Part shown: positions 10,114 to 19,256 of the stretch, piece after piece
Layout: each line of letters starts with the position of its first letter
How positions within the stretch are numbered: position 1 is the stretch's first letter
Virus record (IMG/VR): IMGVR_UViG_3300028196_000006
Location: 27,729-91,728 of that record
Reading direction: 5' to 3' (one strand)
Source: a virus
DNA length: 64,000 bases
The notes under the pieces: generated by a model
What the model was told of the DNA's origin: nothing
Seen by the model: the letters and a program-made list of their open reading frames with translations, nothing else
Database searches by the model: none
Translations under genes and position numbers: made by a program

Positions 10114-10701
10114 ATGAATTATAATAGGCTTCGTGTACTGGAAAGAGAAAACCCACACAAAGAACCTGAACGATGTTTTGTTTTACAAAAATTAATTAAA
10201 AAACACAATTTAAAAAAAGGCGCTGAACTAGGAGTTAGAAGCGGCGAACTTTATTATTTTTTATTATCTCATTGTCCTGAACTTACCCTGATTGGTGTAG
10301 ATTTGTACGAAAGTCAACCAAATGGAAGTACTGATCCTCAACGAAAAAGAACATATGATCAACCTCATATGGGGTTTAGTTATGATCACTCACTGTATTA
10401 CAATTTCATAAAAGAGTTACAAAATGAATTTGGAACAAGAGCTCAATTTATAAAAGATTGGACTTCAAATGCGTCTTTATTAATTGAAGATAATTCATTA
10501 GATTTTGTGTTTTTAGATGCTGATCATGGATTTGATGGATGTTCGCAAGATATTGAAAAATGGACACCAAAAGTTAAATCTGGTGGATTTATAACAGGAC
10601 ACGACTTCTGGTTGTCAGGAGTAAAAAAAGCAGTACAAAAATATTTTGGCAACGATTATAAGAAACACCCAGATCACGTCTGGATACATCAAAAAAAATA
10701 A
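10114..10701 (+). CDS. class I SAM-dependent methyltransferase (Methyltransf_24-like)
   Basis: GAELGVRSG, IGVDLY, LDFVFLDADH, GGFITGHD motifs. Start moved to ATG 10114. Confidence 0.8.
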   Translation: MNYNRLRVLERENPHKEPERCFVLQKLIKKHNLKKGAELGVRSGELYYFLLSHCPELTLIGVDLYESQPNGSTDPQRKRTYDQPHMGFSYDHSLYYNFIKELQNEFGTRAQFIKDWTSNASLLIEDNSLDFVFLDADHGFDGCSQDIEKWTPKVKSGGFITGHDFWLSGVKKAVQKYFGNDYKKHPDHVWIHQKK

Positions 10702-10702
10702 A

Positions 10703-11080
10703 TTATTTTTCTTCTATTTTTTGTGAATCGCCAGGAATGATTCTATAATTGTCTTCTGGATCGTCAGCAGTGCTCACTTCAGTGATGCTACCTCGATCAG
10801 TTAAACATTGAACTTGATGTGGCATTAGAGGTAAATTTCTCCATGTTTCACCTTCTTTAAGTTCTTTTGTTAACAGAGATGCAGTTTGAGTATCTATCCA
10901 ACTTAAAAGGAATTTTCCTTCGTTCACAAACCAAGTTTCATCTTTGGTTTTGTGAAAATGCATTGAGAATTTAGCACCTTTGCGTTCAAACACCATGATT
11001 TTTCCACAGTACTTGTCATTGGAAGCCCAAATTAATTCGTATCCCCAACCTTTATCTACTTTTCCTTCTTTATTAATCAT
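10703..11080 (-). CDS. cupin protein (mannose-6-phosphate isomerase-like)
   Basis: KGWGYELIW...SMHFHKTKDETW...PHQV...EVST cupin motifs. Confidence 0.75.
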   Translation of the reverse strand: MINKEGKVDKGWGYELIWASNDKYCGKIMVFERKGAKFSMHFHKTKDETWFVNEGKFLLSWIDTQTASLLTKELKEGETWRNLPLMPHQVQCLTDRGSITEVSTADDPEDNYRIIPGDSQKIEEK

Positions 11081-11888
11081 TTAAATATTGCTCAACTGTT
11101 TTATAATTTATTGTAACATTTTTATTTAATTCAGTTAAATCTGCACAGGTGTAAGACTGATATTGTCCTGTGAGTTGTTGAGGCATTGGTATTGTTTGTA
11201 TTTTGGCATTGTATTTTTTAGCCACAGAATCTGCTACACTTTGAAATGATGTTGCTGTGCCTGTGCCAACATTGTAAATACCGCTTACATCGTGTTGTAG
11301 CATTTGACAGTGTACGTTACACACATCATCCACACACACAAAATCTCTAAGATATTGATCACTATTTTCGAATAATTTTATTATGCCACTTTCTTTTGCT
11401 TGTTTTGAAAATTTAGTTACTGGAGATGCTTGATCTCCTTTGTGTTCTTCATGATCTCCATACACATTAAAATATCTAAATCCTTGAACTAATATTTTAA
11501 ATTCTCCCATGGCTTGTTGAACAAATCTATCAAACAAATACTTGCTCCAAGCATAGGGTGATTGAGGATATATTGGTCCGTTTTCTACAAAACTGTTTGT
11601 GTTACCATACACACTGGCAGAACTAGAATATTGAAAATTTACTCCCATTGTGTCACACATTTGTAATAATTTTAAACTGTATTCATAGTTTTGATCCATG
11701 ATTAATTCTACATTTCTTTCTGTTGTAGAACTAATTGCTCCAAGGTGTATTACCCAATCATACATACTGGGATCAGGAAAACTATTCATTGCATATTCAA
11801 ATTTTGTTACTTCGTGGTTCATACTATCTAGATGTTTGCACAAATTTTTTCCTATAAATCCTTCAGCACCCGTTACACAAATTTTCAT
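11073..11888 (-). CDS. hldD: ADP-L-glycero-D-manno-heptose 6-epimerase
   Basis: VTGAEGFIG, HLGAISSTTE, YSSSASVYG, YAWSK, FRYFNVYG.HEEHKG. Confidence 0.88.
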   Translation of the reverse strand: MKICVTGAEGFIGKNLCKHLDSMNHEVTKFEYAMNSFPDPSMYDWVIHLGAISSTTERNVELIMDQNYEYSLKLLQMCDTMGVNFQYSSSASVYGNTNSFVENGPIYPQSPYAWSKYLFDRFVQQAMGEFKILVQGFRYFNVYGDHEEHKGDQASPVTKFSKQAKESGIIKLFENSDQYLRDFVCVDDVCNVHCQMLQHDVSGIYNVGTGTATSFQSVADSVAKKYNAKIQTIPMPQQLTGQYQSYTCADLTELNKNVTINYKTVEQYLND

Positions 11889-12487
11889 ATCTTACACCAT
11901 AGTTTATTAATTGATTCTGATCCTTGTGGCGAAATAGGTTTTAATAATTGATTATTCCAATCAGCAACGAAATTAATATTAATATTAACTCTACATCTTT
12001 CATCAGAACAAGTACTTCCGGTGTGTTCCATGTGGCTGGGGAATATTACCATGGAGTTAGCAACACTTGGAACTTTATCGCCATCTTTAAATTCTGTAAA
12101 ACCATTGTTGGTGTTACAATAAAATATTGCTGTATAACTCAGTGGCACACTTACGTCACAGTGCATGCCGTGAGTCACAATTGTTTCTCTTCCAGGTATA
12201 TTGTTTGCTTTTACTCTTAAAAAAGTGTGAGGTTGAAGCACAGCAAAAATAGGAAAACACATGTTCCATATTTCAGGACTTGTGGCTATGTTACTGTTTT
12301 CGTGAAATTTATGCACAAACTGTATTTGATATTTTTCTTCTGTATTGGATTGATGTGAATGTACAACATGGTTTTGATAAAACCAAGGAAATTTATCACT
12401 CATGATTATATCCGTTAACTGTTTAAAATGTTCATCACTTAAAACATTTTTTAATGTTATTTTGTTATTTTTTATCTGTTGTTCCAT
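11885..12487 (-). CDS. 2OG-Fe(II) oxygenase-like protein
   Basis: HxD (HCD), YCNTNNGFT, distal His (HTG) and R-x-N-I-N-I-N; a common marine phage oxygenase type. Confidence 0.7.
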   Translation of the reverse strand: MEQQIKNNKITLKNVLSDEHFKQLTDIIMSDKFPWFYQNHVVHSHQSNTEEKYQIQFVHKFHENSNIATSPEIWNMCFPIFAVLQPHTFLRVKANNIPGRETIVTHGMHCDVSVPLSYTAIFYCNTNNGFTEFKDGDKVPSVANSMVIFPSHMEHTGSTCSDERCRVNININFVADWNNQLLKPISPQGSESINKLWCKI

Positions 12488-13724
12488 TAACTTTGTTTAA
12501 TAAATTTGTTGTTGAAAAACCTTTGACAGTTGGAAAAATTTTCACATCTGCCATTTCATTACCTACAGTGGTTTCCACACTGTAATCTCCACCTTTAACT
12601 ATAACATCAGGTGTATATTTTTTAATTGATTCTAGTGGTGTATCTTCATTGAACACAACAACCTGATCTACCCAAGGCAACTCCATTAATTGTTGTTGTC
12701 TTGCTGACATACTATTGTAAGGACGGTCATTGCCTTTTAGTCTTTTAACACTATCATCTGAATTAATACCTACAATCAATTTGTCTCCTTGATTTTTGGC
12801 AAATTTTAATAATTCTAAATGTCCTTGATGTAAAATATCAAAAACTCCATTAGTCCAAACTATTGTGTCTTCTATATCACTAATCTTAACAACAGTGACG
12901 CCTCTGTGTTGTACAACACTACTTGCACCTTTTAAAGCAAGAGAACAAGCATCTGTCATACTATGTCCTTGTTCAACATATTTTACAATAATTGCTAACA
13001 CTGTATCTCCTGCACCACTGACGTCTGCCAATTCAACAGCGTCACCAGTGATGTGTTTGTATTCATTATTGCCAACAACATGAATGCCGTTGCCTCCATC
13101 AGTTACAACCAACCAATTCCAATTGAATTGAGTTCTGTATTGATCAGCATTTTCAGGATTAAATTTTCCAAACCATTGTTCATACTCTTTCATATTAGGC
13201 TTAACCAGATATGCATCTTTATAGCAGTCAGGATTTTGTTTGGGATCTACATAAACTCTTTTTACCAAATGAACAATATCACTCACAAGGGTGTTAGTAA
13301 TTACACCTTTGTTGTAATCACTCACTAAAACAACATCATCCTTTTGTAAATTTTTTAATAAATTTTGTTTGGGCTGAGATTCGGTGTATGGTTCTTCACG
13401 ATCCAGTCTTAATAGGTGCTGTCCGTCTGGTCCAATCATACGTGTTTTCACAGTGCTGGTTACAGCATCATTACTGATGTATGATGTGATATTGTTTTTA
13501 AGCAGTATTTCTTGTATTCTGTGACCTGGGGCATCGTTGCCCACCGAACTGTAAAGATGTGTGTCTACGCCGAGATTTGATAGGTTTAAAGCGAGATTTC
13601 CTGCTCCTCCTATGTTGTAATTTCGAGAGTTTTCTTTCAGTACAAGAGTGGATGCTTCTGGAGATACTTTGGTACAATCACCCTGTACCCAAACGTCCAA
13701 CATTACATCTCCAATTATTTTCAT
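12465..13724 (-). CDS. hldE: bifunctional heptose-7-phosphate kinase / heptose-1-phosphate adenylyltransferase
   Basis: IGDVMLD..SPEA, GGAGN, SDYNKG, VDPK, DVSGAGDT (PfkB kinase) plus TNGVFDILHQGH...GINSDDSVKRLKG...KGGDY...GFSTT (nucleotidyltransferase). Confidence 0.92.
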   Translation of the reverse strand: MKIIGDVMLDVWVQGDCTKVSPEASTLVLKENSRNYNIGGAGNLALNLSNLGVDTHLYSSVGNDAPGHRIQEILLKNNITSYISNDAVTSTVKTRMIGPDGQHLLRLDREEPYTESQPKQNLLKNLQKDDVVLVSDYNKGVITNTLVSDIVHLVKRVYVDPKQNPDCYKDAYLVKPNMKEYEQWFGKFNPENADQYRTQFNWNWLVVTDGGNGIHVVGNNEYKHITGDAVELADVSGAGDTVLAIIVKYVEQGHSMTDACSLALKGASSVVQHRGVTVVKISDIEDTIVWTNGVFDILHQGHLELLKFAKNQGDKLIVGINSDDSVKRLKGNDRPYNSMSARQQQLMELPWVDQVVVFNEDTPLESIKKYTPDVIVKGGDYSVETTVGNEMADVKIFPTVKGFSTTNLLNKVNGTTDKK

Positions 13725-14155
13725 TTGATCAATTTTAACATTTTAAACACAGTATCCAATTTAATTTGATTCGTTTTATTTTGGAATGTTTTACGTAATC
13801 CTTGGTGTAATGGCTTGGGCCAGTTACCAAAAGTTACCCATGCATATCCATCATGTTCTGTGTTTAATATTGGAATAAATTCTTTTTCTACCACACACAA
13901 ATAAGTATGATACAAAAAATTTTCATCATTGCTGACGAATGTTTCCATTGGAATAGTTTTTTTAATTGATTGTTCGCCTATTTCTTCTTTAATTTCTCTT
14001 TGAAGACCGTCCCATAAATTTTTATCTGAAGTTGTAGTACCACCGACCAATCCCCAAACATTATTTTGTTTACTTTGAGTTCTGTGTAGTAATAAAAATC
14101 TTTTTGTATCTAGTGTATAGAAGAGTGCTCCACACCCTACAATTTTACTGTTCAT
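13721..14155 (-). CDS. NUDIX hydrolase
   Basis: WGLVGG...GLQREIKEEIG Nudix box, LNTEHDGYAW. Start moved to MNSKIV. Confidence 0.85.
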   Translation of the reverse strand: MNSKIVGCGALFYTLDTKRFLLLHRTQSKQNNVWGLVGGTTTSDKNLWDGLQREIKEEIGEQSIKKTIPMETFVSNDENFLYHTYLCVVEKEFIPILNTEHDGYAWVTFGNWPKPLHQGLRKTFQNKTNQIKLDTVFKMLKLIK

Positions 14156-14171
14156 ACAATTAATTATGTGA

Positions 14172-15599
14172 CTAAGAGATCTTCCAAGTGCCTTTACGAT
14201 ATTCACCTTCGAAAGACAACAACCATTCTGTACCATTCCATTTATACTGTACACCAGTGTTTAAATTGGTAACAAATGATTCTGTGAAATTGGCAACGGT
14301 GCTAGGATTAGCACTGGCATCAAAAATGACTTGCCAATTTGTTCCGTTCCATTCCACAATGTCATTGGCTCCTGCAACTAAATCTATATTGCTGTCACCT
14401 TTCCATGCATCTGCTCCGTCTTCGTTGTTGGAATCGCCAATGCCTTTCAATAATAGTAATCTTTTACCATTTTGTTTCACACTGGATGGATCAAACGATG
14501 CAGGATCAACAATAAAATCTACTGAACCACTGGTCGTAACTGGTCCAACAATAACAGTGTCAGTTGGAATTGTGTCTTCATCCCAATCAATTAAAAGTTG
14601 GTGTGGATTTGCTTCATTCACTGCCACAGTACCAACCACTTGAGCATCAATACCTTGTCTATTTAAATAAATTTTGCTCAATCCATTTTTATAGTTTGGT
14701 ATGGTTAACACATTGCCTGTCCATACTTCTCCACCTATAACACCTTTAGTTATAATTTGAGCAACACTGTTCAACACATATATGTCAACATTGATACCTG
14801 TTGTGCCTTGCACAGAATCTGTATCTTTTCTTATTGCTCGTCCTTTATCATCTAACTTGATGCTGTTTTCATATCCATCTTGATATGCTTTTAATTCAGG
14901 CATTGTTTGACTTAGATCTATATTACCTGATTGTTCGTTAAAAATACTTGTAATAATATGAGTAATCACTCCTAATTTTTTTACTTTTGTTGGTGGTGAT
15001 ATGAATATTGGTGTCGTGAATCCCAGTGTGGCAACATCAACTTCTGATTCTGTACCTAATGGAATTGTTCTTGATGAAAAATTAATATTTGACAATTCGA
15101 CAACACTTAAACTGGTCCAGTCAATATAGTTGTCTGTGGTTTGAATTTCAAGTGATGGATTAAACAACATCATTATTTGTTCCATTATTTGTAACTTTTG
15201 TTCTGTGTTTGATGTCCAAATATCTGCATTCATTGTTAATGTGTAAGGCGTTGGCATCAATCTTTCAACAGTGACATTTTTGCCTTGTGTGTTTAGATAT
15301 TCATTATTGTTGGCATCGTATGCTCTTTCTCTAACGTGTACTTTAGAAATAAAAGATGCATCTGCTAATCTGTTTCTATCCATTTCTAATCCAGTAACAT
15401 ATATTCCCATTCTTGGCACTGAAGGTAATTTGTTTTCTGAATTATCTCTTATGATATGTCCAACTTGTCTGCTGATATCTCCGTACATAACCGGTATAGT
15501 TTTTAATCCATCACTACCGTCTTTGTAAGAAAAATTACTCAGTAATCTAATAATTTGAGTAATGTATCTTCTAATCTGTCCGTCGTAAAAATGTTGCAT
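14172..15599 (-). CDS. tail sheath stabiliser/terminator (T4 gp15-like) with C-terminal extension
   Basis: FYDGQIRRY, IPVMYG, PRMG, MPTPYTLT...QIMEQI..LFNP pattern of the gp15 family. Confidence 0.7.
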   Translation of the reverse strand: MQHFYDGQIRRYITQIIRLLSNFSYKDGSDGLKTIPVMYGDISRQVGHIIRDNSENKLPSVPRMGIYVTGLEMDRNRLADASFISKVHVRERAYDANNNEYLNTQGKNVTVERLMPTPYTLTMNADIWTSNTEQKLQIMEQIMMLFNPSLEIQTTDNYIDWTSLSVVELSNINFSSRTIPLGTESEVDVATLGFTTPIFISPPTKVKKLGVITHIITSIFNEQSGNIDLSQTMPELKAYQDGYENSIKLDDKGRAIRKDTDSVQGTTGINVDIYVLNSVAQIITKGVIGGEVWTGNVLTIPNYKNGLSKIYLNRQGIDAQVVGTVAVNEANPHQLLIDWDEDTIPTDTVIVGPVTTSGSVDFIVDPASFDPSSVKQNGKRLLLLKGIGDSNNEDGADAWKGDSNIDLVAGANDIVEWNGTNWQVIFDASANPSTVANFTESFVTNLNTGVQYKWNGTEWLLSFEGEYRKGTWKIS

Positions 15600-16756
15600 T
15601 AACTATCCGCCTTTGGTTTCAGTGCTGTAGATAAACTTTGTCTTTCAGTTACTGATTCACCAGCAATTGTTGAAGTTTTAGTATTATTAACAAATGTTCC
15701 TTTTTGAGTACTTCTTGTGTCAGTGTTAGTTAGTGTCATACGCACATTGTCTTCCATTTTCACCCAACGTCCGCCATCGCTTCTAAATAATCTATTAGGT
15801 AAGAAATCTGTGCGTAAAAAATAATCTCCTTTGTCTGACTGTGCTGGAAAACTTATACCAAAGCCAAACTGTTCACCATTGGGTGCAATTCCATCTCCTA
15901 ACAAATATCCATTGTAACCTTCTTTAGACGGAGTTTGGGTTACCCTGTCTGCTAAAGTATTTTGTGTTGATGTGTCCAATGTCGATGTATCAGTTGTGAC
16001 TAATTCTGGTTTTCCTTGACTATCTACTTGTAAAGTATAAAAATGTGCTATGTCGTATCCTGACTTGGGTGCATCTGCTTCTGCTTGTTGAATCACAGCA
16101 TTATTAATTTGCATTTCTTGTTCATATGTAGACAGTACGTCTCTTAATGTTTGTCCTGTACCTGCTCCTGCATCCTTGTCTAATATCTCTTTAAATTCTT
16201 GTGAGTCGTATATCTGTTTTAATTTAACTCTGTAAAGGTGTGGATACCAAGTTTGACTAAATCCTTCTGCCGCTCTACTAATATCTTCCACAACATAAAA
16301 TCTTTTAAGTGCTACATTGAAATCATTCAGTGCATATTCGTCTTTCAGATGAGGTAATTCAAACACATCACCCGGCATAACTTTTCTGCCCAATGTTTTA
16401 ACACTGCTGGTGATAGGAATTGTCATAAACAATGTGTCGTTTTGTAAGAACAATCCAAATTGACTCATGTCAAAGTCAATATCTTGCACATTGTATATGC
16501 CTCTTAAACTGTACACATCTGTGTCGTATTTTCTGTCTCTATTTTCTAGAAATAACATATCTTGTATGTTGGTTTCTTTCACAGCATTGTATCTTGGCTG
16601 GCTTGGAGTGGCATCTGCTTCGTCTGTATTCTTAGGTCCTAGGTATTTGTGTACAAAAACATCGGTACCGCCCACAGTGAACATTTCCACCACGGTGTTG
16701 TCTAAGAATGTGTAGTCATTTCCCTTTTCTGGTTTATAAAGACTTAATCTTGGCAT
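15599..16756 (-). CDS. neck protein (T4 gp14-like)
   Basis: FTVGGTDVFVH, LFLENRDRKY, MSQFGLF, PGDVFELPHL; divergent from gp13. Start MPRLSL. Confidence 0.65.
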   Translation of the reverse strand: MPRLSLYKPEKGNDYTFLDNTVVEMFTVGGTDVFVHKYLGPKNTDEADATPSQPRYNAVKETNIQDMLFLENRDRKYDTDVYSLRGIYNVQDIDFDMSQFGLFLQNDTLFMTIPITSSVKTLGRKVMPGDVFELPHLKDEYALNDFNVALKRFYVVEDISRAAEGFSQTWYPHLYRVKLKQIYDSQEFKEILDKDAGAGTGQTLRDVLSTYEQEMQINNAVIQQAEADAPKSGYDIAHFYTLQVDSQGKPELVTTDTSTLDTSTQNTLADRVTQTPSKEGYNGYLLGDGIAPNGEQFGFGISFPAQSDKGDYFLRTDFLPNRLFRSDGGRWVKMEDNVRMTLTNTDTRSTQKGTFVNNTKTSTIAGESVTERQSLSTALKPKADS

Positions 16757-16762
16757 ATACAT

Positions 16763-16784
16763 ATATTTATCGGACGATAAATAT
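16763..16784. promoter_or_regulatory. back-to-back late promoters forming a perfect inverted repeat
   Basis: ATATTTATCG-GA-CGATAAATAT has ATAAATA on both strands between divergent gp14 and gp13. Confidence 0.7.
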
Positions 16785-16800
16785 GTATAAGGAAAACTGT

Positions 16801-17559
16801 ATGAGCGATTTAACAACACAGAAACAAGAAGTATATGACTATGTTTATACCAGCCTAGGTGGCGGTATGGTAGACGTAGAATTAGACCCTAATCACTACG
16901 AAACAGCCCTAACAGATGCATTAGATAGATTCCGTCAAAGATCGGACAACTCTGTGGAAGAAAGTTACATGTTTTTGCCTCTAGTACAGGATCAAAACGA
17001 TTACACACTTCCAAATGAAGTGATAGAAGTAAGACAAATCTACAGAAGATCGATAGGCTCAAGATCAGGTGGAGGCGATGGTGGTACATTGTTCGAACCA
17101 TTCAACCTAGCATACACAAACACTTATCTATTAGCAAGTTCCAACATGGGCGGTGTTGCAACTTATGATATGTTTGCTCAATACCAAGAATTAGTAGGAA
17201 GAATGTTTGGTTCTTTTATAGAATTTAAATGGAACACAACAACCAAAAAATTAACGATACTTCAAAGACCAAGACAAGGCGAAGAAGTGTTATTAGAGGC
17301 TTACAATTACAGACCAGATTCGGAATTGCTTAAAGATTATTTGGCAAAAAAATGGTTAAAAGATTACACACTTGCAAAATGTAAGTATATGCTGGGTGAA
17401 GCAAGAAGTAAATTTAACACAATAGCAGGTCCACAAGGCGGAACATCACTGAATGGTGATGCTTTAAAACAAGAAGCCATAGCAGAAATGGAAAGACTTG
17501 AAATAGAAGTTAAAACACAAACTAGCGGTGGTCAAGGATATTCATTCGCAATTGGTTAA
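16801..17559 (+). CDS. neck protein (T4 gp13-like)
   Basis: LGGGMVDVEL...WLKDYTLAKCKYMLGEARSKF..IAGPQGGTSLNGDALK.EA..E. Confidence 0.8.
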   Translation: MSDLTTQKQEVYDYVYTSLGGGMVDVELDPNHYETALTDALDRFRQRSDNSVEESYMFLPLVQDQNDYTLPNEVIEVRQIYRRSIGSRSGGGDGGTLFEPFNLAYTNTYLLASSNMGGVATYDMFAQYQELVGRMFGSFIEFKWNTTTKKLTILQRPRQGEEVLLEAYNYRPDSELLKDYLAKKWLKDYTLAKCKYMLGEARSKFNTIAGPQGGTSLNGDALKQEAIAEMERLEIEVKTQTSGGQGYSFAIG

Positions 17560-17566
17560 GTCTTAG

Positions 17567-17595
17567 TTGACAATTTACTAAACATATAGTAATAT
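17567..17595 (+). promoter_or_regulatory. sigma70-type promoter TTGACA-N17-TAATAT
   Basis: Near-consensus; the -10 box ends 7 nt before ATG 17603. Confidence 0.7.
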
Positions 17596-17602
17596 ACACT
17601 AT

Positions 17603-18241
17603 ATGAAACATCATCTTACTCCTTTATTTTCGGTACCGTTATATCAAACAGTTTTGGATCCCTTAGATCCTATTGAAGAATCATGGATTAAAAATTTAGA
17701 ATTTCCTTCACAAAGTGTTGGGCTGTACAAAGCAGAAAACGAAGAACCAAAAAATGCAGGAATGCAAGTGTTGAATCAACCTCAATTAAAAAATCTTAGA
17801 CAACAGATATTAAAAGTGATGAAACATTTTGTTAGCGATGTATTAGATATTGAACAAGATTTTGAACTGACAACAAGTTGGGTAAACAAAAATGGAAAAG
17901 GTGATCATATTATTCAACATTCACACCCAAATGCAATGATCAGTGGAGTGTATTATGTTGAAAGTGATGACACATCTGCTCCGATCATATTTAACAAGCC
18001 TTATTTTTACACAAATCTTTTTCACGACACAGTCAAACCAACTTTTAAAAATAAAAATAATAATCAATTCAATTTAGACTATTACGGTTTAAAGCCTAAA
18101 AAAAATGATCTGTATATGTTTCCATCTTGGTTGGAACACACAGTGCCGCCGCAAGATGCAGACAAAGATAGATTAAGTCTAGCATTTAATTTCTTTGTTA
18201 AAGGCAAGGTAGGAGTAGGAACAACACAATTACAATTATGA
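17603..18241 (+). CDS. putative 2OG-Fe(II) oxygenase (TIGR02466-like)
   Basis: SWVN...HSHPNAMISGVYY...MFPSWLEHTV...RLSLAFN. Confidence 0.8.
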   Translation: MKHHLTPLFSVPLYQTVLDPLDPIEESWIKNLEFPSQSVGLYKAENEEPKNAGMQVLNQPQLKNLRQQILKVMKHFVSDVLDIEQDFELTTSWVNKNGKGDHIIQHSHPNAMISGVYYVESDDTSAPIIFNKPYFYTNLFHDTVKPTFKNKNNNQFNLDYYGLKPKKNDLYMFPSWLEHTVPPQDADKDRLSLAFNFFVKGKVGVGTTQLQL

Positions 18242-18864
18242 TTATAGGAATATGCGGACTGATAGGTTCAGGCAAAGATACCATCGCTGATTTTTTAGTA
18301 AAAGAAAAGAACTTTCAAAAATTATCATTTGCTGACAAATTAAAAGACAGTGTGGCTGAAATGTTTGATTGGGATAGACAACTGTTGGACGGAAAAACAG
18401 ATGAAAGTAGAGCATGGCGTGAAAAATCTGATGAATTTTGGAGCAAAGAAATGGGTAAAGATATTACTCCCAGACATGTGCTTCAAGTGTTTGGCACAGA
18501 ATGTATGCGTGATGGGTTTTATAATGGTGTGTGGGTAAGTTTAGCAAAAAAGAAAGTTTTAGATAATCCAAACATCAACTGGGTAATACCCGATGTGCGT
18601 TTTGAAAATGAAGCCACAATGATTAAAGAAATTAACGGAGAAGTATGGTGGGTAAAAAGAGGACAACTGCCATTATGGTTTAAAATGTATCAGGACATTG
18701 GAAAAGAACCCAAAGATGTACATCCTTCTGAATGGGCATGGGCAAACACAAATTTTAATACAGAATTATCTAATAATGGCACCATTGCTGAACTTAAAAA
18801 TCAGGTACAAGATCGCCTTGTTGCCAACGGATTCCTTCAAGGTGCAACGATCTCTGGCAGTTAG
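18238..18864 (+). CDS. deoxynucleoside monophosphate kinase (T4 gp1-like)
   Basis: IIGICGLIGSGKDT, FADKLKD, PRHVLQVFGTE, IPDVRFENE, HPSE. Confidence 0.88.
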   Translation: MIIGICGLIGSGKDTIADFLVKEKNFQKLSFADKLKDSVAEMFDWDRQLLDGKTDESRAWREKSDEFWSKEMGKDITPRHVLQVFGTECMRDGFYNGVWVSLAKKKVLDNPNINWVIPDVRFENEATMIKEINGEVWWVKRGQLPLWFKMYQDIGKEPKDVHPSEWAWANTNFNTELSNNGTIAELKNQVQDRLVANGFLQGATISGS

Positions 18865-19135
18865 CACACACTGTTTTTAAATTATTAAACTTACAATTAT
18901 TAAGATTACTGTCCACATGAAACACGTTAAATTGTTGTTTATACTTGCTGGAGTGTCCACATTTATCACACTTTGTTTTAGTTCTATATCCAGCAATATA
19001 CCATTTGGGTTGATAACCGCTGGGTCCTCCATGCTTCAAACACATCTCACATTGCTTTCTATAATAAGTCTTATTGCCTTTTTTATAGTTCACAGCACAA
19101 GGTCTTTGGTTACATTTAGTGCATAATGGTCTCAT
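18794..19135 (-). CDS. Zn-binding HNH-like protein (degenerate)
   Basis: Four CxxC pairs; FHVDSNLNN...NLKTVCANCQ is HNH-like. GTAAATA lies 7 nt upstream of MRPLC. Confidence 0.6.
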   Translation of the reverse strand: MRPLCTKCNQRPCAVNYKKGNKTYYRKQCEMCLKHGGPSGYQPKWYIAGYRTKTKCDKCGHSSKYKQQFNVFHVDSNLNNCKFNNLKTVCANCQRSLHLEGIRWQQGDLVPDF

Positions 19136-19208
19136 ACGAATGTATTTACCTGCCCTTTTTAACCCCTTTTTTAATAACACTTAATACGGCTTGATTTGAC
19201 ACATTGTC

Positions 19209-19215
19209 ATAAATA
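19209..19215 (+). promoter_or_regulatory. late promoter (ATAAATA) for the sheath gene
   Basis: Intergenic; followed by AGGAG RBS and ATG 19257. Confidence 0.65.
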
Positions 19216-19256
19216 CTAGCAATATAAAGTTTTACACTTTAATAGGAGATAAAAAG

